Below are positions 1 to 10,621 of a stretch of 64,000 bases of DNA, one piece after another. This DNA is from Neoechinorhynchus agilis. Lineage: Eukaryota; Animalia; Acanthocephala. The notes beneath the pieces are model-generated. The model was not told where the DNA came from, ran no database searches, and was given only the letters and a program-made list of their open reading frames with translations. The stretch covers positions 11,113,480 through 11,177,479 of the forward strand of contig CM121342.1 of assembly GCA_051530055.1 (NCBI GenBank). The letters run 5' to 3'. The position numbers and the translations under genes are program-made. Numbering within the stretch: the stretch's first letter is position 1; the number at the start of each line of letters is the position of its first letter.

Positions 1-1262
1 GGAACTTCCATCCCATCAGGCATTATTTTTAATAAAGAGTGCCCTGTTCCTTCCGAAGTTGCTGTACAAGTTGCGTACAGCGCCCTTCTTCAAACATCAA
101 CACTCCTTGACGAAAATTGATGATAATTTAAGGAGGTGTCTCGAAGGGATTCTAAATATCCAACTGTCGGATGAGGCATGGAGACAAGCTTCCTTGCCTG
201 TATCTTCCGGCGGTTTGGGTATTCGTAAAACAGCTGATGTTGCGATTCCGGCCTTTTTAGGTTCCTATGAGAACAGCCGATAGTTGGTACCTAAATTGCT
301 CGAAAAAGAGTTTTTACTTGATGAAAATTTTAAAGAGGCGGTCTTCGAATTTTGTCGCATTACGCAGTGCGATGAAGTTACTTTGAGAGGCAAGAGACAG
401 TCAGTTTGGGATAAACCTTTAATCACGCGAGTTCACAACTCAATGCTTTCTGACGCGCGTGATGAGGTGACCCGAGCTCGATTGTTGGCGGTCTCTTCGA
501 AGGAATCCGGTGCCTGGCTGAACGCAGTTCCGATTCCTTCGATCGAAAATTTACTGTCGGACGAAACAGTAAGGATCAGATTGTCCTTACGACTAGGCTC
601 CCGATTTGTGCCCCACACTACTGTCGTTGTGGGGCCCTTGTGGATTCTTTGGGTAGACACGGTCTCGTTTGTCGCCAGTCCGGTGGCAGGTATGCTCGCC
701 ACGCTGAGATTAACTCGGTTATTAGTCGGGCCTTAAACACGATACACGCACCGAATCTGCTCGAACCGAGTCACCCCTGCAGACTCGACGGTCGAAGACC
801 GGATGGGTTAACGGTGTTCCCGTGGCGAGAAGGGAAATCCCTTCTCTGGGACGCTACTTGTGTGGACACCCTTGCTCTGTCCAATCTAAGACATTCCTCA
901 AGGCGCGAAGGAGGTGCTGCAATTGCCGCAGAGGAACGTAAGCGCGGGAAATACGCGGAGCTCTTGAGGGCACATCACTTCGTCCCTTTCGGCGTTGAGA
1001 CGCTCGGTGCCTTCGGTGCTGAGGCCAAGAACTTTACGGCGGATCTTTCAAGGAAGATGAGGATCGCAACCGGAGACCAAAGAGCAGGAACGTTCTTCCT
1101 GCAAAACATAGGTCTCGCGATCCAGCGCGGCAACGCTGCAAGTGTCCTTGCGACGGTTCCGAATGGTAAAGAGATGGATCTGGGAGGCTAGTAGATACAT
1201 GAGACTTGATTTGGTGTGAGCTTAGTTTTTGTACTTTTTTAATGTTTTTGATTAAAATAAAA
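1..1262 (+). mobile_element. Mirror-image 3' half of the CRE-type non-LTR retrotransposon at 3373-7036 (RT thumb, CCHC finger, RLE endonuclease, A-rich tail)
   Basis: ORFs 59-283, 284-736 and 640-1191 are identical to 4352-4576, 3899-4351 and 3444-3995. They carry RPDG, WDATCVDT and IQRGNAA motifs, and an AATAAAAAA tail lies at about 1257-1264. Confidence 0.92.
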
Positions 1263-2299
1263 AAGGGAGTGCAATTCAGTAAAAAACGAGTGAATACCGC
1301 GACCCTGGATCAAGCCATTAAAAGACGGGGGAATAATTTTTTTGCTTTCCAGGAAGCTGATTAGTCTGGAATTGATGATTTTCTCGAAGAGGGAAATTAT
1401 TGGATTTTATCCGTATGTGAGAAGGGATACTGATTTTTGATTTAACTTTGGGGATAATAATTTTCCTGGCAATATTAATCTCGATTAAGTCATTTATATT
1501 GATTTTGTCATAAAAATTTTCAGAGAAACAGATCTTATTCTCTTCGAAGACTAATGAAAAACTTAAGGGGGAGAAACAAGAAAAGTTATTTGCCCTAGGA
1601 GGATTAATTTTCCAGAATTTTTAAAGCTCGGCAGTAGTGAAGTTCCAACTAAAATGTTTATCAGTGAAGGAAGACAAAGGTGGTTCGACTACTGCTGGTT
1701 AAGAAATTGTGCCACTCCAATTTACAGCCAAATATTTCCAAGAAATAAATATCCGCTTAAGAATTTTATTCCAAAATTATTTAGTGAACGCTGACACGGA
1801 TAAAAGTCGCTTTTTATCCCGAGCGAGGGAATCATAATACACCGTAGAAAAGAATTTGGAAATACCATCCTTCTGGAGGGTCACATCATTTCTCAAATTG
1901 GCAAGTATATAATATTTATCAAAAAAATTTGCTTGTTTAGATTTTTATTATTCATTACAGATTCATACGTTATGATTGTTCGGCAGCTTCCTTGATGGCC
2001 GCAGCATTGCCGTGTTGGATCGCCGCACTGATTCGCTGCAGCAGGAAGCTGCGGGGCATCCTTTTGGTTTTATTAAAAATACAATAAAACTCTTTGAGTC
2101 TTAGCTCCCAAAATGGTGAGGATAAGAAAACAAATTGTCCACCTTTTTCAATCTTTCAAAAGTTCTGGAAAATAGAAGTTCTTGTTTTAAGCCAACGTAA
2201 ATCACGGATGGAGAAAGTGGAAATACGTCGCTCGTATTCTATTGATGCATAAAATTAAATGATTTGCCTCAAACTTAATTTTTACGTTGTCCGATTTTT
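1263..2299 (-). mobile_element. Mirror copy of the APE-LINE ORF2 remnant and the small CRE 3' fragment (palindrome left arm)
   Basis: Reverse complement of 2336-3372. Confidence 0.75.
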
Positions 2300-2335
2300 G
2301 AAACATCTTTTCGTAGGCCTACGAAAAGATGTTTC

Positions 2336-3372
2336 AAAAATCGGACAACGTAAAAATTAAGTTTGAGGCAAATCATTTAATTTTATGCATCAATAGAATA
2401 CGAGCGACGTATTTCCACTTTCTCCATCCGTGATTTACGTTGGCTTAAAACAAGAACTTCTATTTTCCAGAACTTTTGAAAGATTGAAAAAGGTGGACAA
2501 TTTGTTTTCTTATCCTCACCATTTTGGGAGCTAAGACTCAAAGAGTTTTATTGTATTTTTAATAAAACCAAAAGGATGCCCCGCAGCTTCCTGCTGCAGC
2601 GAATCAGTGCGGCGATCCAACACGGCAATGCTGCGGCCATCAAGGAAGCTGCCGAACAATCATAACGTATGAATCTGTAATGAATAATAAAAATCTAAAC
2701 AAGCAAATTTTTTTGATAAATATTATATACTTGCCAATTTGAGAAATGATGTGACCCTCCAGAAGGATGGTATTTCCAAATTCTTTTCTACGGTGTATTA
2801 TGATTCCCTCGCTCGGGATAAAAAGCGACTTTTATCCGTGTCAGCGTTCACTAAATAATTTTGGAATAAAATTCTTAAGCGGATATTTATTTCTTGGAAA
2901 TATTTGGCTGTAAATTGGAGTGGCACAATTTCTTAACCAGCAGTAGTCGAACCACCTTTGTCTTCCTTCACTGATAAACATTTTAGTTGGAACTTCACTA
3001 CTGCCGAGCTTTAAAAATTCTGGAAAATTAATCCTCCTAGGGCAAATAACTTTTCTTGTTTCTCCCCCTTAAGTTTTTCATTAGTCTTCGAAGAGAATAA
3101 GATCTGTTTCTCTGAAAATTTTTATGACAAAATCAATATAAATGACTTAATCGAGATTAATATTGCCAGGAAAATTATTATCCCCAAAGTTAAATCAAAA
3201 ATCAGTATCCCTTCTCACATACGGATAAAATCCAATAATTTCCCTCTTCGAGAAAATCATCAATTCCAGACTAATCAGCTTCCTGGAAAGCAAAAAAATT
3301 ATTCCCCCGTCTTTTAATGGCTTGATCCAGGGTCGCGGTATTCACTCGTTTTTTACTGAATTGCACTCCCTT
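2336..3372 (+). mobile_element. Degenerate APE-type LINE ORF2, upstream part (linker and RT N-terminus)
   Basis: About 3235-3358 translates as IISLFEKIINSRLISFLESKKIIPPSFNGLIQGRGIHS, the typical LINE RT N-terminal block. It continues at 7037 after removal of the CRE insert. Assignment of 2336-2576 to this LINE is weaker. Confidence 0.7.
2577..2693 (+). mobile_element. Heavily 5'-truncated CRE-type 3' end (mirror at 1942-2058, minus strand)
   Basis: Translates RSFLLQRISAAIQHGNAAAIKEAAEQS*, the RLE C-terminal motif, followed by AATAATAAAAA. Confidence 0.75.
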
Positions 3373-6300
3373 TTTTATTTTAATCAAAAACATTAAAAAA
3401 GTACAAAAACTAAGCTCACACCAAATCAAGTCTCATGTATCTACTAGCCTCCCAGATCCATCTCTTTACCATTCGGAACCGTCGCAAGGACACTTGCAGC
3501 GTTGCCGCGCTGGATCGCGAGACCTATGTTTTGCAGGAAGAACGTTCCTGCTCTTTGGTCTCCGGTTGCGATCCTCATCTTCCTTGAAAGATCCGCCGTA
3601 AAGTTCTTGGCCTCAGCACCGAAGGCACCGAGCGTCTCAACGCCGAAAGGGACGAAGTGATGTGCCCTCAAGAGCTCCGCGTATTTCCCGCGCTTACGTT
3701 CCTCTGCGGCAATTGCAGCACCTCCTTCGCGCCTTGAGGAATGTCTTAGATTGGACAGAGCAAGGGTGTCCACACAAGTAGCGTCCCAGAGAAGGGATTT
3801 CCCTTCTCGCCACGGGAACACCGTTAACCCATCCGGTCTTCGACCGTCGAGTCTGCAGGGGTGACTCGGTTCGAGCAGATTCGGTGCGTGTATCGTGTTT
3901 AAGGCCCGACTAATAACCGAGTTAATCTCAGCGTGGCGAGCATACCTGCCACCGGACTGGCGACAAACGAGACCGTGTCTACCCAAAGAATCCACAAGGG
4001 CCCCACAACGACAGTAGTGTGGGGCACAAATCGGGAGCCTAGTCGTAAGGACAATCTGATCCTTACTGTTTCGTCCGACAGTAAATTTTCGATCGAAGGA
4101 ATCGGAACTGCGTTCAGCCAGGCACCGGATTCCTTCGAAGAGACCGCCAACAATCGAGCTCGGGTCACCTCATCACGCGCGTCAGAAAGCATTGAGTTGT
4201 GAACTCGCGTGATTAAAGGTTTATCCCAAACTGACTGTCTCTTGCCTCTCAAAGTAACTTCATCGCACTGCGTAATGCGACAAAATTCGAAGACCGCCTC
4301 TTTAAAATTTTCATCAAGTAAAAACTCTTTTTCGAGCAATTTAGGTACCAACTATCGGCTGTTCTCATAGGAACCTAAAAAGGCCGGAATCGCAACATCA
4401 GCTGTTTTACGAATACCCAAACCGCCGGAAGATACAGGCAAGGAAGCTTGTCTCCATGCCTCATCCGACAGTTGGATATTTAGAATCCCTTCGAGACACC
4501 TCCTTAAATTATCATCAATTTTCGTCAAGGAGTGTTGATGTTTGAAGAAGGGCGCTGTACGCAACTTGTACAGCAACTTCGGAAGGAACAGGGCACTCTT
4601 TATTAAAAATAATGCCTGATGGGATGGAAGTTCCTTCGTACGCTTGCAGAGCAATTCGACTCTCGGCGCTATTTGGAGGATCTCTTGAGGTATATTTTCA
4701 TTAAAAACGCAACTACCCAGAAGAGACAGTTGAGCACGCGAAATTATTTTGATGTTAGGTACTAGCTGCGTAAAGCTGTTGAGGATCTCAGTTTGACTAG
4801 CGGCGTTTTCTGCATTCATCACAAACAGCTCACATTTCGAGGTATTAAGCTCAACGCCGAGCTTGGCAGCTTCCCTCATGACGACCTCCAAATCTCGCAA
4901 CACCACGGAGGGAGACCCACCGAGTGTTGCATCGTCCAAATACCAAGCATAAAACTTGGATTGGAGCGAATGAGCGATCGGGTTGACGGCAAGAGAGAAA
5001 CCGATAGGACCGAGAGGATCACCTTGTTGGACACCTCGTTGAGACCAGATGATACGGTCGTTGAAAAGAAGAGGAGTCTCAGTCCCATAGGCGTTGAGGA
5101 AATACTAGTATGCTTCCGGTGCGTAAGTTGCGACAGCTTCTAGAAGCGCACTGCGATCAACACAGTTGAAGGCGTTTCGGAAGTCGCACTTGAGCACAAC
5201 ACAGGACTCTGAACTTTTTGTGACAAAGGAGCGAAGTGCGTGCACGACAGCTTCGGCTCCGCAAGGCGTACAGCAACCGGGTTGTACCGGGCGGAAAAGT
5301 TCGCTAAGATCAACTGCAAGACGTTTGCAAAGAATCTTTGCTGCAAGACGCCGAAGTGTCGATCCCATAGCGATGGGACGAATCCCACCGTCTTTCTTTT
5401 TAAGGGCACAGAGTGAAGCACCGAAGAACAACTGAATTGCGACGGGAGGCAATTCGTCACCAACGAACAGATCAACGAGGCGTGACAATCCATTCGAAAG
5501 GCTCTGAGCGGCTTCACCGACGGAGAAGGACAACATGTCCTTGAGGTGTTGAGGCCTAAGCCCGTCTAGCCCATGACCGGATCCACTAGCAAGGGAGGAT
5601 ATCGCTGAATTGAGTTCCTTTACAGAGCAGGGAGACTTCGAGGTAGCCGCGAGGCAAGTCGGAATTTTCGGTGGTTCCGATGGAGGATGTTTTTGGTTCA
5701 AGGTTTTGAGAGTTTCCTCGTTAACCTGGGTAAAAACTTCAGAGGAGGAAAGGATGCGAACAGCTCCCCGGATGTCACCATCCGCAATTTTGGAAGAGGC
5801 ACGTTCCCCTATGGATCTAGTCGAAAAATTACTGTGTGTAGGTTGTTCTGTAGGTCCGCGATCGACAGCTCGAATTGCGTCCGAAAAGAGTTGATCGAAG
5901 GAAGCGATTCTTTCTTTGATTGAACTGACCAACGACCCCTCCGAACGGTCACCAGCGCGAAGAACCAGCCTGGTAAAAGCGAAGAGACGTGTCCATGCAA
6001 TGTCAGACCCGTTTTCTAAGCAATCCCTTAGCAAAGCACCAAATGACTTCGTCGTCTGATACCGAGCGCCCTTTGGGATCCGTTTCAGGACGTTCCTGGG
6101 CAGAACGCGCAAGATATCAGGGAATTTCGTGGGAATGACCTGAGGCGCTGGGATATTCCGAGGAGGTAGTGGGTTCGGGATGACAGATCTTGGGGGCGGG
6201 AGGAACCAGAACAGCGGGATCTGAAGGGACCGTGTATCCGAACTAACAAGGATTTGTTAAGGCAAAAACAACCACCGCATTCCGAACAAAAACCTTTCGG

Positions 6301-7036
6301 AGAAGAAGTGGCCCGGAGGTTCGATACCCCGGCCTGTTGTTGTAAAGCCGTTGCATCATCATCATTGAACTCGACGTCGTCCAGTTGTCGTGTGATGGGC
6401 ACAGGGTAATCCAACTCAATTGATGACGTCACAGTCGGCACGGCAGAATCCGAGAGGTCAACGTTCAGCTGCATTGTGTAAAGAAAGACCTCAAAAAAGA
6501 CCGACCGAGACCACACAACGAATTCTCAGCTAGCTTATCGGTCCGTAAGCAAAGAACGCTGTCAAGAACTGCTAATTCACTATATTCGATAAAATTTCCT
6601 GTGGTGTCACACTCGACACGGCAGAAAGCAATAAAAAACTGCGTCTTAAGAAATTCTTTAGCAGGATCGCTCAGAAGTGGCAGAAATGGATTCAGCGATA
6701 TCTTAAACCCCAAATCGCGTCTTAATAGTTCAAATAAAACCTTCTTTTCGAGAGCGAGTTAGGGCAAGGATTAAAAGGCTGTGCTCAGGCGAACGTCGCA
6801 ATAGTTAGAGCTCGGACCTTTCCAATTTAGATCGTCTTGATACCCGGTGAGAATTTTGTCCACAAACCTGAGGAGTAGAAAATCTCCAAGAATAACGATC
6901 GTTAGAGATTTTTCCTGCGATTATTGTTTAAATACCCCTATTGTTGATATTAAAACTTCTTGGTGACTTGATAGATACGCTCTTATATTGATTGATGTTT
7001 CAATATCAATAATCAAGGTAGTTGGTCTCAAAATGT
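3373..7036 (-). mobile_element. Near full-length CRE-clade (RT + restriction-like endonuclease) non-LTR retrotransposon, about 3.7 kb, with 7-bp TSD CTCCCTT
   Basis: TSD at 3366-3372 and 7037-7043; poly-T on the + strand at the 3' end. Domain order is N-terminal C-x2-C-x14-H-x6-C finger, RT (RPIAMG, DFRNAFN, QGDPLGP, YLDDATL), CRC-H-C finger, then RPDG...WDATC...K..KY RLE. Clade call from motif style. Confidence 0.85.
3444..6516 (-). pseudogene. Disrupted RT-RLE polyprotein of the CRE-type element
   Basis: Segments 6085-6516, 5105-6112, 4352-4939, 3899-4351 and 3444-3995. In-frame TAG stops lie at 5105-5107 and 4352-4354, and there are two frameshifts (about 6100; and about 4030, restored by one extra C). 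Confidence 0.9.
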
Positions 7037-8270
7037 CTCCCTTAATGAAAAATACTTGAATGTAAATTAATTTTTAATTTTACTGGATTTTAGTAAAGCA
7101 TCCTACTCAATCGATAGGCGATTATTGTATAAAGCTCTCTATTTTTTTAAAGTTCCAATGAATCAAATTTATAAAATAAATAATCTTATGGAAACTAAAT
7201 CTGTTTATTATGACATAGACCCTGGCCGTACTCGTTTTTTCTCTAAATACGGTGTACCACAGGGATCTCCACTGTCCGCTACTCTGTTTCTAATTGTAAT
7301 TATATATATATTTTTAAGAATATTGTGGCTAAATCAAAATCGGTATACCCTCTGATTTACGCAGATGACATTTTTATCTTTTGTAAACGTAAAAGTAGGA
7401 CTTTCCTCTTAAATCATATAGATTCCTTTTTAATAGGGTTACAGAACGGCCTCAAGGAAGGTAATTTTGTTGTTAATCCATCGAAAACAGTTATCCTACC
7501 GCTTACTATATCTTACTCCTCTAGGGCTCAATTGAAAAAGATCTGGCTTCGCATTCAACATTTTCAGCTTTTTTATTCAAGAGACACAACCGAATACTTG
7601 GCATAGATTTTCTATCAAATAGGCAACGTTTTTGATTAATTCCTCGCTCTCTGGAATATTTTATAAAGCAAGAAATCTCTTGAATCGTATGCTTCGCATT
7701 GGGCTCACTTTTAATTATATTTCTAGAATTTTAATGACGCTTTAAGGAGGTTCATTATGTTTCTTTGCAAGGGAACGTCCTACTGAACTTCGATTGGCCT
7801 TTTTTAATCAGTTTATTAAAAACTGAGTCTCCTCTCGACCTTACACCGTATTTTTTACTAAAATCTGGTATTATTCTCCTCATTTTCCAGCCAATAAATT
7901 TTTATTTTTTAAGAATGAAATTTATTTAGTCTCTTTAAAAGCGAAGGCACTAAATATCAAACCTGATTATATTCTGATAAAACTTAATCCCACCAAGAAG
8001 CTTGACTTTTATATTTTATTCACTAATTTAATTCAAAAGGACAAAGTGGAAATTATTGTGTAATTGAGTCTTTACTTTAGACCAGTAAACAGGTTAGTTT
8101 TTTCTATGGAGGGAAAGGAGTCCGGGGAGTACTGAGATCTACTCTAACTCGAGATTTCTTTTCTTGTCCTACTACTAACATATACATTTAGATTTGGATA
8201 ATGTATGCAAATTCATAGATTCTTTAAAAAAGACCTTGAATATATGCGCAACAAATAAATAAATATAAAA
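7037..8270 (+). mobile_element. Degenerate APE-type LINE RT core and 3' end (continuation of 2336-3372)
   Basis: LLDFSKASYSIDR at about 7080, YGVPQGSPLS at about 7250, IYADDIFIF at about 7358, and a (TAAA)-like tail at 8253-8270. Confidence 0.85.
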
Positions 8271-8271
8271 T

Positions 8272-8690
8272 CACACATTCGCGTCATCAAATTTAATTTG
8301 CTTTCCACAGTTCCAAACATGATTGGCTATTGCCAGGGAAGCATCGTAACGCCTAAATGCTTTTTGTGTTGTGCGATCCCTTTCTTTAGTCTTGGTTTGA
8401 TTTCTACCACAAATTTAGGTGAGCAGTCTTTGCAGTGGACCGCCTATGCAACTTCATGCTTTTCATATTTTTACTTATTTTTAAGGATGCCTGCAAGGTT
8501 TTACCACCGTTTTATAGTATACAAAATTATCGTCTTGTCGCAGGGAAGGCAAATCGACAAATTTTATCCCTGTGTATTTTTGGTTTATCAAACGTATTAC
8601 TGTTATCGATGTTCTTTGCTTCTCTGCTTTCCGAGCTTTTTTTATGAAGTGCATTTATATTTGTTATGATCCAAGAGGATCCCACTCGAG
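8272..8690 (-). mobile_element. Degenerate Penelope-like element fragment (GIY-YIG region), a different family from 22750-24545
   Basis: The minus strand gives VHCKDCSPKFVVEIKPRLKKGIAQHKKHL and AIANHVWNCGKQIKFDDA, typical PLE endonuclease and C-terminal motifs, with stops. Confidence 0.65.
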
Positions 8691-9900
8691 AGACTATCAA
8701 AGTGTCGCCAAATATCAAGTCGCCATCGTTACACATCGCGACGAATGGTAATAAGTTCGAGAACTACCTTTTTTTAATCCAGCTGTTAACTGCATGACGG
8801 TTGATCGAATTGAAGGCATTCCTGGAGTCCAGAATGATTATGGCAGAATATACCTCCAGGCCATGTTCGGCAATACACCTTTCGGCGCGGACAGCCGCCT
8901 TGACATCTCCGGGAACACCAACACCGAGTTGAAACGCAATCTTGGCACCTAATCGGCGGAAGGTGCAACCAATTGCAATGTTCTTCACCCTACCATTTCG
9001 CCCCGCATAGTATATATATCATCGAGGGCTCGATTTTACCGCTGAACAACATGCTTTTGAGTTGGCCAAGTGATTTTATCAAGCGGACCTGGGCTGCACC
9101 ACTCGATGTGCTGATAAAGTCCCGAAAATGGGAGGTGTTAGCCAGAGGAAGATGATGGGAACAAGTGAAGGTCCGATATTATTGCAGATTCCGAGGTGTT
9201 GGGTGGAGAAGGGTCGGAAACTTGGCTTAAAGTTCAAATGCCTCTTTTAGGGTGAATATCTCGAAGTATTTCGATAATTTGTTTATCCCGATGAACCGTC
9301 CTCCAGTCGCTTAGGGGACTCTGAAATACTACAATTGCTTGGCGCCGAGCATAAAGAGACTGTAGGGTGCACTCATGGAACGCGAAACGCTGATTTAGCG
9401 AATGAATGTAAACGGGATTTCGTCGAGAGGGTCGTCGCAAACGCTTGTATCAAGTCTTCAAGTTTCACCACTATAATGGGTTTCGCTCATCGAGGGATAC
9501 GCCGGATTAACCGAACGTTCTGTCCTATGAGGTTCCTTAGTGCAGTCAAATCTTCATTGACCGGAATGATTGTGGGTATAATATTTTCCAGGCACACCAT
9601 ATTGATTGCAGCGACTTTTCGGAGACGGAACATGTGGATCTTCGGTCGTGACGAGGCCCGATTCGACTAATGAAAAATCACGTTAGGATACGACACACCG
9701 ACCACGGAAATCGCAATTGGCTGCTGCTTTGCGAATACTGACTGTTCCACTGCTTTCGAAATTAAAACATGGACGAGCCAATGAGCGGAGCGGACAAGTA
9801 AAAGATTTGGAAACTCGTCTGTATTGTTTTTCCATGTTTTTGAGGTGATTCCATTTACAAGCGACGGAAACCCCGCAAAAACCCAAAACTGCTCTGTATT
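8690..9900 (-). mobile_element. Degenerate CRE-type element fragment (N-terminal region and RT start)
   Basis: ORF 8764-8988 reads NIAIGCTFRRLGAK...QLGVG...LDSRNAFNSINR, homologous to the RT of 5105-6112. A possible finger remnant lies in 9683-9886. Confidence 0.7.
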
Positions 9901-10127
9901 GGAATTGTTATGACTATTTGTCCCTCATGGAACCGAACGCCGCGACCAATTGGCGCTTTTTCTGCCCGTAACCGATGACAAATCAATGGATGGATCTAAT
10001 TCTCGGTCTTTATTTTAGCAAATCTTCCATAACGTAACTGCCACAAAGCATTTATTTTGATATAACGGTCAGAGTGCATAAAGATGAGACTCGAGTTTTC
10101 CACATTAAGGCCTTTTTCGGTTTGTGT

Positions 10128-10553
10128 TCACACAAAAAATCGTTTTATCGATAAAAAATTAACGAATTTTACGGTTATTTGAATTGATGAATTTGCGCAT
10201 CAAGGAAAATGGTTATACGCGCTAATTTAGGATTTCGCTTCGCGCGTGATAAAACTATTGATACGAGATGCTTCGAGCCGCCTGATGGCGGTGATGTGGA
10301 TTACTTAGAGATGATGGAGGTCAATAAGGATAAGGGTTGTTTGCGTGAGAGTGGGGCAGGCAAAAGAATGCCTGCCGATGTTGCTGTATATAATGTTAAG
10401 GGTAATGAGATCGCCCAAAGGGTTTCTATCCTTGGAGAGGACAGTTCGTTTCCAGTTACTGATGAAGTTATGAAAAATAAGGTTTCTCTCAAAAAATGGT
10501 ACTATTTTCCGAAAAATGTAAAACTCATTTCGTTTAACATCATCTATTTCTGA
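10128..10553 (+). mobile_element. Probable LINE 5' head with short ORF1-like reading frame (EPPDG motif)
   Basis: TCACA-type start and GCGCTA motif shared with heads at 17019, 19220 and 16990 (minus); ORF 10209-10553 has a PPD motif like those heads. Confidence 0.35.
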
Positions 10554-10621
10554 ATTTAGAATGTTCTTTAGACATTTTTTTATTTTTGTTCAATGTATTT
10601 TCTAAGTTAGTCTGATATAGA

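Larger units (their letters stand above)
1..4634. repeat. Perfect inverted duplication (palindrome) with no spacer; centre between 2317 and 2318; left arm runs off the window start
   Basis: The centre reads ...TTTTCGTAGG|CCTACGAAAA.... Paired positions sum to 4635 for every mirrored ORF (640/3995, 1191/3444, 284/4351, 736/3899), and 1-14 is the reverse complement of 4621-4634. Spot checks found no mismatch or indel. Confidence 0.97.

Noticed and set aside
2359-2380. AAGTTTGAGGCAAATCATT resembles the nematode SL1 exon end and donor, attractive because some CRE elements target SL genes
   Set aside because: The 5' half of SL1 is absent, the donor is GC, and the paralogous copy at about 14477 reads AAGTTGTAGG.
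4352-5107. Two in-frame TAG codons in the CRE ORF suggesting stop-codon reassignment or readthrough
   Set aside because: Host genes here (TCAF, ABCC, SLC6) end in TAG, and the element also has frameshifts; ordinary decay explains it.
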